NCBI GenBank assembly: GCA_050951805.1
Contig: JBMNJT010000002.1
Span: 512,001-576,000 of the forward strand
Direction of reading: 5' to 3'
DNA length: 64,000 nt
Origin: Bacillota bacterium
Lineage (GTDB): Bacteria; Bacillota; DTU025
The position numbers and the translations under genes are program-made. Shown piece by piece: positions 1 through 9,949 of this stretch. How positions within the stretch are numbered: position 1 is the first letter of the stretch; every line of letters starts with the position of its first letter. The notes beneath the pieces were generated by a model. That model searched no databases. It saw only the letters and a list, made by a program, of their open reading frames with translations, and had not been told where the DNA came from.

Positions 1-2
1 TC

Positions 3-1916
3 ACCCTTGTCGGGCTCAGTCCTGGGGCAGATGCCGGTCGGGTCGCCAAGTCGGTGCAGGAGGCTACTGGAAGATTGGCACCGGACTTTTCCCCTCATTA
101 TGCCGGTGGGCCGGTTCTTGCCGGTGCTGCAGACGAATTCCTCAAGACAGACATAAAGAAGCTTCTTCCAGTGTGTACAATAGTGATCGTCGTCGTACTC
201 TTTGCCAGCTTTCGCACTGTGGCAGGGGTTGTGTTGCCGCTTGCCACTGTGATGCTGAGCGTTGTATGGACCATGGGCCTCATGGGGTTTGCCGACATCC
301 CGTTCACACAGATCACGTCAGCCCTTCCGGTGGTCCTTCTTGCCACAGGAAGCGCGTACGGAATACACATTATGCACAGATACTACGAAAACCACGCAAG
401 TGGCGCCGACGGCAGTTCGGCTGCGAGTTCTGCTGTGGAATCGGTCGGTGTTGCTATTGTGCTGGCAGGCATTACCACGATTGCAGGCTACGGTTCTAAT
501 GCCGCCAGCAGTGTTGTGAGGATTCGCGAATTCGGGCTTCTTGCAGGGTTCGGCGTGAGTGCCGGGTTGGTGATAGCATTAACTTTCGTTCCGGCAGTCC
601 TGTCCATCTTTCGACCCGCCCCTCGCAAGGTTGCGCTGGAGGGGAGTGGGTGCCCTGGAGGCGGCTGTCCCCCTGTGGTCGCCCGAATAGGGCGATATGG
701 CTCTACGGTAAACGATAGCAGCGATTGCGCTTCCAAAGAGCATCCAGTGGGGGCTGGAGAAGTTGAGCGGTCCTGGAGGGACTCATTGTTCGCAGCACTC
801 AGCCGGTTGGTGGCACGCCGAGGGTGGGCAACCGGGCTGATTGCCGCAGCACTTGCGGTTTTTGCCCTTGCAGGTGTTGCCCGCATCCAGGTTGATACAA
901 GCCCAGTCACATTCTTCCCATCCGACAGCGTCGAAAGGCGCGACTTCGATCTGATTCGATCGGAATTCGGCGGCGTTGACACTGTACAGATAATGGTTGG
1001 CGGCGATATCCTGGATCCCAAGACCTTGAGTGCAATCGAGCGTGTCCATGCAGAGTTTGAGTCGGTGGGCGGGTACGGCCGAGCTCTGTCAATCGTGAAC
1101 GTTCTCAAACAGGCATCCCGAGCGTTGCACGACAATGACAAGGCCTGGGAGAGGCTGCCTTCCACACGAAAAGAGGCTGCCCAATACGTGCTGTTGGTGT
1201 CGATGTCAGGAGATGTAGGGCTAGATGAAATGATCACCATCGACAATCGCAAGGCCAGGATTGAGGTGATGGCGGATACTGTAGATAACTCGACGAACAA
1301 AGCGAGTAGGCTCCAATCGGCGGTGGAGATTGTCAAGGCGAATCTGTCGGGAGTGTCGACTATTTCGAGCCTTTCCATAACCGGTATGCCATTTCTCGAG
1401 CAGAGCATGGGGGAGATGGTCATGTCGAGTCAGAAAATGAGTTTGTTGTTTGCGGCAATAGCCGTCGCGTTCATCGTCTACATGAGCTTCGGGCGGTCAT
1501 GGGATTCCTTCCTTTGCCTGCTTCCAGTGGCCCTTACCATTCTGGCGAATTTCGGAATGATGGGATGGGCTAAAATCTCTCTAAACCTGGCCACTGCCTT
1601 GGTGAGCTCTATTGCAGTGGGAATTGGAATCGACTATAGCGTACACGTCTATTCCCGTTTCAGGCAAGGGATCATGGAGGGGTATAGTCCTGAGGACGCT
1701 ATGCGCGCTACTATAGCCAATACAGGAAGGGCTGTTGCTCTGAACGCGTTAGCAGTTGCAGCAGGTTTTGCGGTCATGCTGCTATCCGAGTTTCCGCCCC
1801 TTCAGCAGTTCGGAGCTTTGATAGCCCTTACCATGGCGGTATCCGCGGGCGGAGCTTTGACGATCTTGCCCGCCAGCCTTCTAGCTGTTGCGCGGAGGCG
1901 CAGCTTAGCACCGTAA
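3..1916 (+). CDS. MMPL/RND-family lipid transporter, 5' end outside the window
   Basis: Frame is open from position 3. Two TM bundles with MMPL-type motifs (GSAYGIHI and AVGIGIDYSVH) are separated by a large extracytoplasmic domain. Confidence 0.9.
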   Translation, partial: TLVGLSPGADAGRVAKSVQEATGRLAPDFSPHYAGGPVLAGAADEFLKTDIKKLLPVCTIVIVVVLFASFRTVAGVVLPLATVMLSVVWTMGLMGFADIPFTQITSALPVVLLATGSAYGIHIMHRYYENHASGADGSSAASSAVESVGVAIVLAGITTIAGYGSNAASSVVRIREFGLLAGFGVSAGLVIALTFVPAVLSIFRPAPRKVALEGSGCPGGGCPPVVARIGRYGSTVNDSSDCASKEHPVGAGEVERSWRDSLFAALSRLVARRGWATGLIAAALAVFALAGVARIQVDTSPVTFFPSDSVERRDFDLIRSEFGGVDTVQIMVGGDILDPKTLSAIERVHAEFESVGGYGRALSIVNVLKQASRALHDNDKAWERLPSTRKEAAQYVLLVSMSGDVGLDEMITIDNRKARIEVMADTVDNSTNKASRLQSAVEIVKANLSGVSTISSLSITGMPFLEQSMGEMVMSSQKMSLLFAAIAVAFIVYMSFGRSWDSFLCLLPVALTILANFGMMGWAKISLNLATALVSSIAVGIGIDYSVHVYSRFRQGIMEGYSPEDAMRATIANTGRAVALNALAVAAGFAVMLLSEFPPLQQFGALIALTMAVSAGGALTILPASLLAVARRRSLAP

Positions 1917-1943
1917 GTCTGTTCTTTAAAGGAGGGCATTGAT

Positions 1944-2870
1944 TTGACATCCCAGAGTTTCCCCGGAATTGGCAGGAGTACTGTTCTCTCTAAACATGCG
2001 GCACGGTCCTCGCAGCGGGTTGACCTGTCCCGGCTGGGCATTTGCCGGGGCAAGGTGGGAGCCTTGTCCGGAATCGCAATCGTGCTTTTTGCGGCAGTAG
2101 CGTGCGCTGCTCTATTGTGTGCGGGGGCTGTCGCAGCGGCTGGCTTGCAGGTTAGAGGAGATCTTACGGCCAAGCAGATCCTGGACTCTATTGAAGGGAA
2201 GGGATCTCTTGCCGGCAATGGCCGCGCCGTGGTGGAGATGGTTGTTGAGAGGGGCAAGAGCCAGAAGTTGAACCGGGTAGAAGTGATGAGGTCGGATGAT
2301 GGCAACGGCACAATCAAGCAGCTTGTGGAGTTCCTAGCGCCCGCTGATGTGAGGGGGATGAAGTTTCTGAGCATTACGGCTCCCGGAGAAGAGGATCAGA
2401 TGTGGCTTTACCTCCCTGCGGTGGGCAGCGAAAGACGAATTGCAGGCAGTGCTGCATCAGGCAAATTCATGGGAACGGACTTCACCTTTGAGGAAATCTC
2501 TGCAAGCGCGAAAACGTGGGAGCCTTACAAGCCCGAGCGGATGCCGGATGAGACTGTGGATGGGCAGAAGTGCTATGTGCTACGGTTGATGCCAGAAAGC
2601 GGAAACTTGCCGTATGGAGCTGTAACGATCTGGATCTGGCAGGAGAATGTCTTGCCGCTGAGGATAGAGTTTTTCAACAATTCAAAGAAGCTCCAGAAAG
2701 TGATGACCTTTTCCGATCTGAAGAAGAACAAGAGCGGAGAATGGCAGCCGCATACCATAGTCCTTCAGGACATTTTGGGAGGTAGCCTAACTACCGTTCG
2801 GATACTCGAGATGGATGATAGGCCTGTGCCGGATGAGGTATTTACTTTGAGATATCTAAGGAAGAGGTGA
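1944..2870 (+). CDS. LolA-like outer-membrane lipoprotein-sorting protein
   Basis: Hydrophobic signal segment; motifs F.APADVRG, DQMWLYLPA..RRI and FMGTDFTFEEI typical of the LolA-like family found beside MMPL genes; GGAGG RBS at 1931. Confidence 0.85.
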   Translation: MTSQSFPGIGRSTVLSKHAARSSQRVDLSRLGICRGKVGALSGIAIVLFAAVACAALLCAGAVAAAGLQVRGDLTAKQILDSIEGKGSLAGNGRAVVEMVVERGKSQKLNRVEVMRSDDGNGTIKQLVEFLAPADVRGMKFLSITAPGEEDQMWLYLPAVGSERRIAGSAASGKFMGTDFTFEEISASAKTWEPYKPERMPDETVDGQKCYVLRLMPESGNLPYGAVTIWIWQENVLPLRIEFFNNSKKLQKVMTFSDLKKNKSGEWQPHTIVLQDILGGSLTTVRILEMDDRPVPDEVFTLRYLRKR

Positions 2871-2941
2871 AGCTTGTGACCAGTGGGCTGTTGAGGCGTT
2901 GGGTGAAACAGGTTGAGAGAGTGTGACTTGCTGTTGGCGCG

Positions 2942-3356
2942 GTGAAGTGGATGACGGCTCTTTTGATAGCAGTGATCGGCTGCACGTGTGCCTCTTATGC
3001 GGCTTTGGCGTCGGAATGGGATCCGCCGGAGATAACCGGGAGTGCCGAGTGGCAGATTGACTATTTGCCAGGAGAACAAAAAGTTGCGGCAAACGGACTC
3101 AGTCTCAAAGTCAACCTTGATGGCTACTTCATTGATTCTATCGGGTATAACCTTGATTTTGGCGGACGGCTTGATATGCTCTCGTAGGGCGGAAGCTGCA
3201 TTGGGCCAAGCTTATATCGGTGCGCAGCCGGGGCCTTTCAATATGCGGGCTGGCAGATAGGTGGTCAGTTGGGAAACTGCGGACTTGATTAGTTCGACAG
3301 ACATGGTGAATTCCATTGACATTGCATATGGCTCGGGATGGCGGGATGGAATGTAG
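2942..3356 (+). pseudogene. Disrupted outer-membrane beta-barrel (DUF1302-like), third gene of the MMPL/LolA-like module
   Basis: Signal peptide ORF 2942-3187 stops early. After a frameshift it reads LGQAYIG...RAGR*VVSWETADLISSTDMVN, matching the GRQ.V.WG.AD...TD..N barrel motif with TAG at the Gln position (3258-3260). Fragments may extend to about 3590. Confidence 0.65.
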
Positions 3357-3607
3357 GCATATGCGGCGTGTTTCATGATCGAGGAGATGCCCGAAAGGAT
3401 GCGTCGGGAGATTGGATTTGGAGAGGATAATAGATAGACTTCTTATAGGTCGTGGATGCGAGGTTTTCTGGAGTCACGTGGTTGGCTGTGCGGCTCGGGC
3501 AAGGTTAGCTGACATGTCGGTGGGTGGGCTATGGACATCAGCAGGGGTGTATAGCAGAGGGGTGTATGGTGGGTGAAGCATGGTTGCGCATGACAATTAA
3601 TGTAATA

Positions 3608-3883
3608 CAGCGAATGGTTCGTAGTGTTTTTTGCTACACTACGAATATTTCGTGGATACGATTACAGTTATAGGTAATGTGTGGAAAGTAATGTATATCG
3701 GGGCATGCCGAGGTCGAATTGACCCCGTTTCGGGGTCGGGTGGTTTCCATATCAGTCCAATAAGATACAGAGTATTCCATATTGCACCCAGATCAACCAG
3801 GGCGCTCTCACGTTATGTTAACTTATATTTTGGCCCTACGATTTTTTCGTAGCATAGGAAAAAACACTACGAGAAAATCGTAG
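3608..3883. repeat. Imperfect inverted 48-bp repeats, each made of two 17-bp CTACGA-N5-TCGTAG palindromes 31 bp apart
   Basis: Palindromes at 3608-3624, 3639-3655, 3836-3852 and 3867-3883. The 14-bp spacer TGTTTTTTGCTACA matches the reverse complement of the right spacer, TGTTTTTTCCTATG. Confidence 0.85.
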
Positions 3884-4699
3884 GGTCAGTGGTAATCGAC
3901 CCACGCCTGATGAGCCGTTCACCAATTCGTCGCATAGTTGACGGGTCTGCCTCTATAACTGTAAGCGTCAAATAGCCATTCCCCGACTTCCCAGACCCCA
4001 GATGCGGATATGTTCGTCTGTAGACTATGGGGTTAGCTTCACACGAACTCAGACTCACACGAAAGATGAAGCCGAGGACCGCAAGCTTTATCCTCGGCGC
4101 ACTCTCAGTCGCAGCTTTCACTCTGCCTTTGAGTTTTGGCGAGATGACCCATATAGCTATCGTAGATCTGAGTAAGTTCGCTTACGTCGAGGCTGCGCTA
4201 TGCTTCGCATGACGCGTGCACCTTTGAGTCTGTCGGGTTTGTGGGTTTTGGCGGTAATGGGAGATAGAACCTCCGATCTTGTTGCTTTGCGCCCGACCGC
4301 CAGTGGCTGTGCTGCAGGCATCAGAATAAGCTTTTGACCAAGTCATAAGGGATGTCTCGGCGTCCCTTTTGAGCCATGGTTGTCCGGCCTTCGTTAGAGC
4401 AGCAGACTTTTCGGGAGATGTTTGGGCACACAGTGGCGAATCGCACATAGCATGCAGGCGTCTGCGGGCCGGTGGCGGAGCGCCCCTGCCGCTTTCGTAT
4501 GTTGCCGCAAAGAGAGCGTGCCGGTGTAAAGGTTCGGCTCTCTTTGTGCTATGCAACAAGGGAATGCCGTGTGGAAGGGGGAAATATAAAGATCGGGAAT
4601 AATCTAGAGTAACAATCGAACTGGCCATTGCCTATCCTGCAGTGTTCGAAAATCCGAATGGCGGGAGGATGCAGGCGGTGGTGAGGAGGGAGGCGCAGT

Positions 4700-5299
4700 A
4701 TGCACAACGATTATATGGTGCCCGTGGCTGACAAGCGCCAACTGATACTAGATGCTGCACAACATGTGTTTGCCGAAAAAGGCTTTCATACTTCCACAAT
4801 GGATGCGGTGGCCGAGGCTGCAGGTGTAGCCAAGGGCACTATCTACCTTTATTTCAAGGGAAAGAACGAACTCCTCATTGAGCTTGTTGATGACCGGACG
4901 CGACGGCTGACGGATATGATACTCAATGGCATCGCATCGGCTGAGGACGTGTTCGGAAAGGTTTTTGCTGTTATCGAGGCCCATTTCCAGTTCTACTCTA
5001 TTCATAGCGAGTTCATGCTGCTCTTTTCGGGGCAGCTAGGACTGCTTTCTCCAGAAATGGAAGAGCGATTAGTGACCGGCACAGCAGCGCTCATCAATAT
5101 GGTGTGCGGAGTGATAGAGGAGGGCATGGCTTTGGGCGTGATCAGTTCAAACGTGGATCCAATGAGAGCTTCCTTCGCTCTTGAAGGCATGATTCATTCG
5201 GTAGCATATCAGTGGCTTTCTGCAGGCAAGAGCGTTTCCGTAAGCGTTGTGAGCCACGAAGTGTATACGCTGTTCACCCACGGCATAGCTTGCCCCTGA
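4700..5299 (+). CDS. TetR/AcrR family transcriptional regulator
   Basis: ILDAAQHVFAEKGFHTSTMDAVAEAAGVAKGTIYLYFKGK HTH signature; GGAGG RBS. Confidence 0.95.
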   Translation: MHNDYMVPVADKRQLILDAAQHVFAEKGFHTSTMDAVAEAAGVAKGTIYLYFKGKNELLIELVDDRTRRLTDMILNGIASAEDVFGKVFAVIEAHFQFYSIHSEFMLLFSGQLGLLSPEMEERLVTGTAALINMVCGVIEEGMALGVISSNVDPMRASFALEGMIHSVAYQWLSAGKSVSVSVVSHEVYTLFTHGIACP

Positions 5300-5458
5300 G
5301 CATCGCATCGGCGCTTCACAGGCGATGTCGCTGCTTCGTCGAAAACGGGCTACAGGGGTGATCGTCCCACAGAGCGCCAAGAGGCGCCAACGCGTCCCCA
5401 AAGTGAGGGCTGCGAGGCGCCTTGCTGCTGGCATCGAAACATTGCCTCTCCGAGATTA

Positions 5459-6181
5459 TCACCTGGGGACTGGTGTAAGCGAGTACAGATCCCCACGCAT
5501 AATGAATCTCAGATAGTAAAAGGGCTCTTCTTCATCTTCTAGGATTATCCATCGCTCCATCTCAAGCACCTGAGGTTCTTTATCGAGGTTGAGCAGCTTT
5601 TTCTCTTCCGCTGTGGCTTTGCGGGCAGCGACTATCTGTTCGACCCGGGATATCGATATTCTCAATTCCTCAAGGAGGAGGCGGGATATGGATCCTGAGA
5701 GATCTTTCAGCTTGAGAAACTTGGCTGTGGAATCGTTGAAGAACGATTCTTCAATTGCCAAGGGAATGCCGTCTCCGTGCCTCACTCTCTTGACGTAAAG
5801 ACACTCCTTGGGCTCTTTCCATCTCAACAAACGAAGGAGTTCCTCGTCGGGAACTATGATGCTGTTCTCCACAACTTGGCTTTCGCTCGAAGCCCCCATA
5901 GACTCTACATTGTATGCGAAACTTATCAGGGGCTCGAAAGCCATAGATGGTTGCTGGCGCGCGACGAATGTTCCGCGGCCTCGCTGTTTCACAAGAAAGC
6001 CTTCATTGACCAGGCTGGAAATGGCGTTTCTCACCGTGGCACGACTGACTTCGTACTTCTCCATCAGCTCGTTCTCGGTAGGAATCTGCTCTCCCACTTT
6101 CCAAACTCCTTCAATCACGTTCCGCTTGATCCCATCCCTCAATTGGATGTAAAAAGGGACTGGGCTTAGTTTGTCTATCAT
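5459..6181 (-). CDS. GntR family regulator, HutC/UTRA subfamily
   Basis: wHTH PFYIQL...IPTENELMEKYEVSRATVRNAI...RGRGTFV plus C-terminal UTRA domain. Confidence 0.95.
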   Translation of the reverse strand: MIDKLSPVPFYIQLRDGIKRNVIEGVWKVGEQIPTENELMEKYEVSRATVRNAISSLVNEGFLVKQRGRGTFVARQQPSMAFEPLISFAYNVESMGASSESQVVENSIIVPDEELLRLLRWKEPKECLYVKRVRHGDGIPLAIEESFFNDSTAKFLKLKDLSGSISRLLLEELRISISRVEQIVAARKATAEEKKLLNLDKEPQVLEMERWIILEDEEEPFYYLRFIMRGDLYSLTPVPR

Positions 6182-6230
6182 GCACAACCCTCGCCATACT
6201 GCTCACTAGCCCCGAAGGGCACATAATGCC

Positions 6231-7952
6231 CTACTCAATCGGTCTGCGGAACGATTCTTCTAGATCGAGGGCCAGGGTTCCTCCAGGGTTCATGATGTTG
6301 TTTGGGTCAAAATGCCGCTTCAATGCTCTGAGCACGGCAACGTGGTTTTCACCCATTGCGTCTTGGTACCATGGCGCCAGCATCTTTCCGATCCCATGGT
6401 GATGGCTGAGCGCTCCGCCGTTGGCCCGTATGCTATCAATGATGCTGGCTTGGTAATCGAGGTATTCATCGATAGTCTCAAAACGTCCGATAAAAATGAA
6501 ATAGAGGTTCGTTCCTTGAGGGTAGAAGTGGGACGAGTGGCTCATTACTACCGTTTTCGGCCTGGCCTTGCAGACCTTTCTGGTCTCAGCCCACAAGGAT
6601 TCGATCTTATCCCATGCGACGGCGCATTCCAAAGTATCAATGATGATTCCATAATCATGGAGGTCCTCCCGCATGAAGGGATCGGTGAAACGGCCTTTTT
6701 CCCATGACTTGGCGACGTATCCCGTGGTATTCATCGCGCCGTATCTTTTCGCTATCCTGTTTATTTGCCTTTTTACGTTCTTGGCGAAATTCTCTTCACC
6801 CTCAGACATCCCCAGCATTAGGCAACGCTCCATACGCTTGTACCCACGAGCATCCATCATCTTATCGAGGATAGTGTCTTCTACTCCATACAGCTTTAAT
6901 GCCACATCAGTCTCTTCTGGGTCGGAGATCCGGAGCACCGATGGATATCCGAACCTGCTTTGCATCATTTCGCGGGATGCTGCGAGGCCATTGCTCCACG
7001 TTGGGAAGATGTAACTGAAACGCTGTGTTGTTTCCGGCGTATACCTGAATATCTTCAGGGTAACGGATACGAGAACCCCGTATGTGCCTTCGCTGCCTAT
7101 CATTATCTGGTCGATGGAAGGTCCAACCGCCGCTCTCGGGAACTCCTTTGTTTTTATATCTCCCGCAGGGGTGACATACTCCTGACAGAGGACGAGGTCT
7201 TCTATCTTGCCGTAATATGTTGAGTTCTGCCCTGCTCCCCGGGTCACAACTGAACCGCCGACGGTGGCGCCTATGAAGGACTGAGGCAGATAACCCGCGG
7301 TATAGCGCCTGGAGGCTCCGAAGAACTCGGGTGCCTTATTCAGTCGCGCTTCAAGGTCGGGAAGGTATATGCCAGGTTCTACTGTGATAGTGTGGTTTAC
7401 CTCATTGAGGGTGAGGATGCGGTTCATGTGCTTCGTGAGATCCAGAGATATTCCGCCATGTACGCATTCGGTGGCCCGCATGACTCCGCTCCCGCCACCC
7501 CGCGGATAGACTGCTATTTTATGCCTGTTGCAGTAGCCTATGATCTCCGACACATCCTGTTTGTGCCTGGGATATACGACGATATCCGGGAGGTTCTCGA
7601 CGATTCCTTCACGCAGACGTATGTTGTCGTAGATCATTTTGCCATATGAAGCTCTGAGTCGCGAGTAGTCGTCTGTCGCGACATTCTCCGTTCCGACGAT
7701 ACTTGTGATGGCTTTGAGGTGTTCGCCGGAGAGCGTTATCGGTACATCAAAACTGACCTCCTCAAGCCCTAAGTTGACCGGGGCGCGAAAATCCTCATCG
7801 GTCATCTCGAATACTTCCTTCATAAGCTCATAGAGATGAAGGTTTGGGTGCTTGTATTCATCGGCGCCTCCCCACTTGAATATCGATCTATATGACTTTG
7901 GAGGGATTGGCCCTTCATACCAATCAGGCTCGAACGGTTTCTTGTTGCTCAC
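6231..7952 (-). CDS. FAD-linked oxidase, alkyl-dihydroxyacetonephosphate synthase (AGPS)-like
   Basis: FAD_binding_4 motifs (PRGGGSG, ATVGG, GSEGTYGV); C-terminal SHHHGIGK with the AGPS His-triplet; FDPNNIMNPG. Confidence 0.85.
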   Translation of the reverse strand: MSNKKPFEPDWYEGPIPPKSYRSIFKWGGADEYKHPNLHLYELMKEVFEMTDEDFRAPVNLGLEEVSFDVPITLSGEHLKAITSIVGTENVATDDYSRLRASYGKMIYDNIRLREGIVENLPDIVVYPRHKQDVSEIIGYCNRHKIAVYPRGGGSGVMRATECVHGGISLDLTKHMNRILTLNEVNHTITVEPGIYLPDLEARLNKAPEFFGASRRYTAGYLPQSFIGATVGGSVVTRGAGQNSTYYGKIEDLVLCQEYVTPAGDIKTKEFPRAAVGPSIDQIMIGSEGTYGVLVSVTLKIFRYTPETTQRFSYIFPTWSNGLAASREMMQSRFGYPSVLRISDPEETDVALKLYGVEDTILDKMMDARGYKRMERCLMLGMSEGEENFAKNVKRQINRIAKRYGAMNTTGYVAKSWEKGRFTDPFMREDLHDYGIIIDTLECAVAWDKIESLWAETRKVCKARPKTVVMSHSSHFYPQGTNLYFIFIGRFETIDEYLDYQASIIDSIRANGGALSHHHGIGKMLAPWYQDAMGENHVAVLRALKRHFDPNNIMNPGGTLALDLEESFRRPIE

Positions 7953-7968
7953 AATTGATCACCTCTTC

Positions 7969-9525
7969 CTAGCTTTCGGGATATCCGGTAATCGCGCGCA
8001 TTTCCTCATAGAGCGGCTTGAGGCGCGAATACATTTTCTTGTATACACACTTATATAGCTGGTCATATGTTCTTGCAGTCGGTGGATCTGGTTGGAAGTG
8101 GGCTTCGTAGTGAACCATGTTGGCAACTGCATCATCGAAGCTGCTGTAATATCCCGCGCCGCAGAATCCTATGATTGCAGCGCCAAGTCCAGATCCCTCG
8201 TAGGTTTCGCCGCGCAACACAGGCTTGTTGAATACATCCGCTGTTATCTGGCATATGGAGTCTGTTTGCGCGCCGCCGCCCGATATCATTATCCGTTCTA
8301 TCTTTGTGCCGGAGACTTTTTCAACCTTGTCAGCCGCATCTCGTAGAGCGTATGCTACGCCTTCTATTATCGATCGATACAGATGGGCACGCGTGTGAAT
8401 GTCTCCAAACCCGATTACGGCGCCGCGGGCTTCTGGCATCCTGAGCCCCGCGCCCCAGTATGGCTGGAGCATCAGGCCCATGCAGCCCGGCGGAGTCTCA
8501 TGGAGTAGCTCGTTTAGGATTACCTCAGGAGCGACTCCACGCTGTTCTGCTATGAGCACTTCGCGGTATCCGAATTCTTGCTTGAACCAGTTGATCATCC
8601 AATAGCCGCGGTATATCTGCACTTCAGGGTTGAAGTGTCCTGGCACTACTGCAGGGTAGGGCGGCATGAACTTGATCGGTTCCATGTACTTTTCGGTAGT
8701 TATCTGCAATGTTGCTGTAGTTCCAAGGCTGATGCATGCACTAGTTGGATTGAGGCATCCAGTTCCGAGGGTTTCGCATCCTTTGTCAGATCCCCCGGCA
8801 TATACCGGGGTGCCTACTGGCAGCCCAGTAGCCTCTGCTGCTTCAGGCGTTATGGTGCCTATCACTTGCGCGGGCCTTACGAGCTGAGGAAGGTGTCGCC
8901 GGCTCAAACCACTCATGTACCATCTGTAGTCTAACTTCGAAACGGGCCACCTTTTGTGTTTGTAGTCGAATGGAACGTGTCCTATCTGGTTTGCAACCGA
9001 GTCCGCCATGTTTCCGGTGAGCTTGTAGTTGAGCCATCCGGAAAGGAGCAGGAACTTGTTCATCTTGTCCCAAATATCCGGCTCATTTTCACGGATCCAC
9101 TGTGACTTGCATTTCTTGCGAGTGAGCTCCGCTGTTTCGAGCATCCCTACTGCGCCGAAGGCGAGTCTGTAGATAAAAGGATAGGGCTTGTTGCATTCGG
9201 CCATTCGCTGATCGAGCCAGAGCATGGCCGGTCTCAGCACATTGCCATTCTCGTCAACGACTACGCAGGTATCGCGTTGGGTGGTCAGGACTACTCCTAC
9301 AATGCGACCCCAATCATCAGGAGCGCTTGATGCCAGGTCATGGCATGCCTTGCAGATGGCGTCGAAATAGACTTCAGGATCTTGCTCTGCCCAGCCTGGC
9401 TGCGTAGAAAAGTAGGGTTCAAACTCCGCCTTGCCCTTTGCCACCAGGCTTCCTCTACAATCAAATAGCAGCGCTCGTGCGCTTTGGGTTCCGCAATCAA
9501 TGGAAACGATCAGTCCTTGTTTCAA
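7969..9525 (-). CDS. FGGY-family carbohydrate kinase, not GlpK
   Basis: IDCGTQSARA, GWAEQDP, TTQRDT, WLDQR, GGSDKGCE, SGGGAQ motifs. Confidence 0.92.
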   Translation of the reverse strand: MKQGLIVSIDCGTQSARALLFDCRGSLVAKGKAEFEPYFSTQPGWAEQDPEVYFDAICKACHDLASSAPDDWGRIVGVVLTTQRDTCVVVDENGNVLRPAMLWLDQRMAECNKPYPFIYRLAFGAVGMLETAELTRKKCKSQWIRENEPDIWDKMNKFLLLSGWLNYKLTGNMADSVANQIGHVPFDYKHKRWPVSKLDYRWYMSGLSRRHLPQLVRPAQVIGTITPEAAEATGLPVGTPVYAGGSDKGCETLGTGCLNPTSACISLGTTATLQITTEKYMEPIKFMPPYPAVVPGHFNPEVQIYRGYWMINWFKQEFGYREVLIAEQRGVAPEVILNELLHETPPGCMGLMLQPYWGAGLRMPEARGAVIGFGDIHTRAHLYRSIIEGVAYALRDAADKVEKVSGTKIERIMISGGGAQTDSICQITADVFNKPVLRGETYEGSGLGAAIIGFCGAGYYSSFDDAVANMVHYEAHFQPDPPTARTYDQLYKCVYKKMYSRLKPLYEEMRAITGYPES

Positions 9526-9949
9526 TTGAGGATACCCCCATTGGCATAGTAGCGCTTGCCGACGCTATTACGTTCGCGCCAGTGCCTGCCACGTTGTGGA
9601 TAATGACGTCTCCCATGTCCACTCCAGTGCTCACATCTACAACAGCCTTGATGATCTCTGCCATTACACGGGGAACGTCCTCCAGCGGCACTTCGATGTC
9701 GGTCCTTACGGGAAGGAGCGGACAGGATCGGTCAGTCGTTCTCGCAGTAGAACACACGACTCTCGTGGGATTGTTTACTTCTTTTAGGGCAAAATCCCTA
9801 CCCATTGGGCACCTGTTCCCCGATATTCTCCAGCCGTCTTCCACTAGTTCAGCTGTAAGATCGCAACTGCGCGGACAGACTATGCATGTAAAGGCCTTGT
9901 GTTGGGATATTTGGCCTTTATCAACGCTTTGAGCTGTCATAATGATCAC
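9497..9949 (-). CDS. DUF1667 Cys-rich small subunit
   Basis: CIVCPRSC...GNRCPMG..A..EV.NP.R; paralog of 18149-18613. Confidence 0.85.
   Translation of the reverse strand: MIIMTAQSVDKGQISQHKAFTCIVCPRSCDLTAELVEDGWRISGNRCPMGRDFALKEVNNPTRVVCSTARTTDRSCPLLPVRTDIEVPLEDVPRVMAEIIKAVVDVSTGVDMGDVIIHNVAGTGANVIASASATMPMGVSSIETRTDRFH

Noticed and set aside
648-675. GCPGGGCP in MMPL resembling a hydrogenase Cys motif
   Set aside because: It lies in a variable linker with no other Fe-S context, so it is probably coincidental.
3608-3883. CRISPR array interpretation of the palindromes
   Set aside because: The units are inverted, the spacers are only 14 bp and related to each other, and no cas genes are present.
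3631-4628. Short ORFs in the intergenic region (3631-3852, 4027-4212, 4182-4628)
   Set aside because: No RBS or family motifs; at most degraded remnants.
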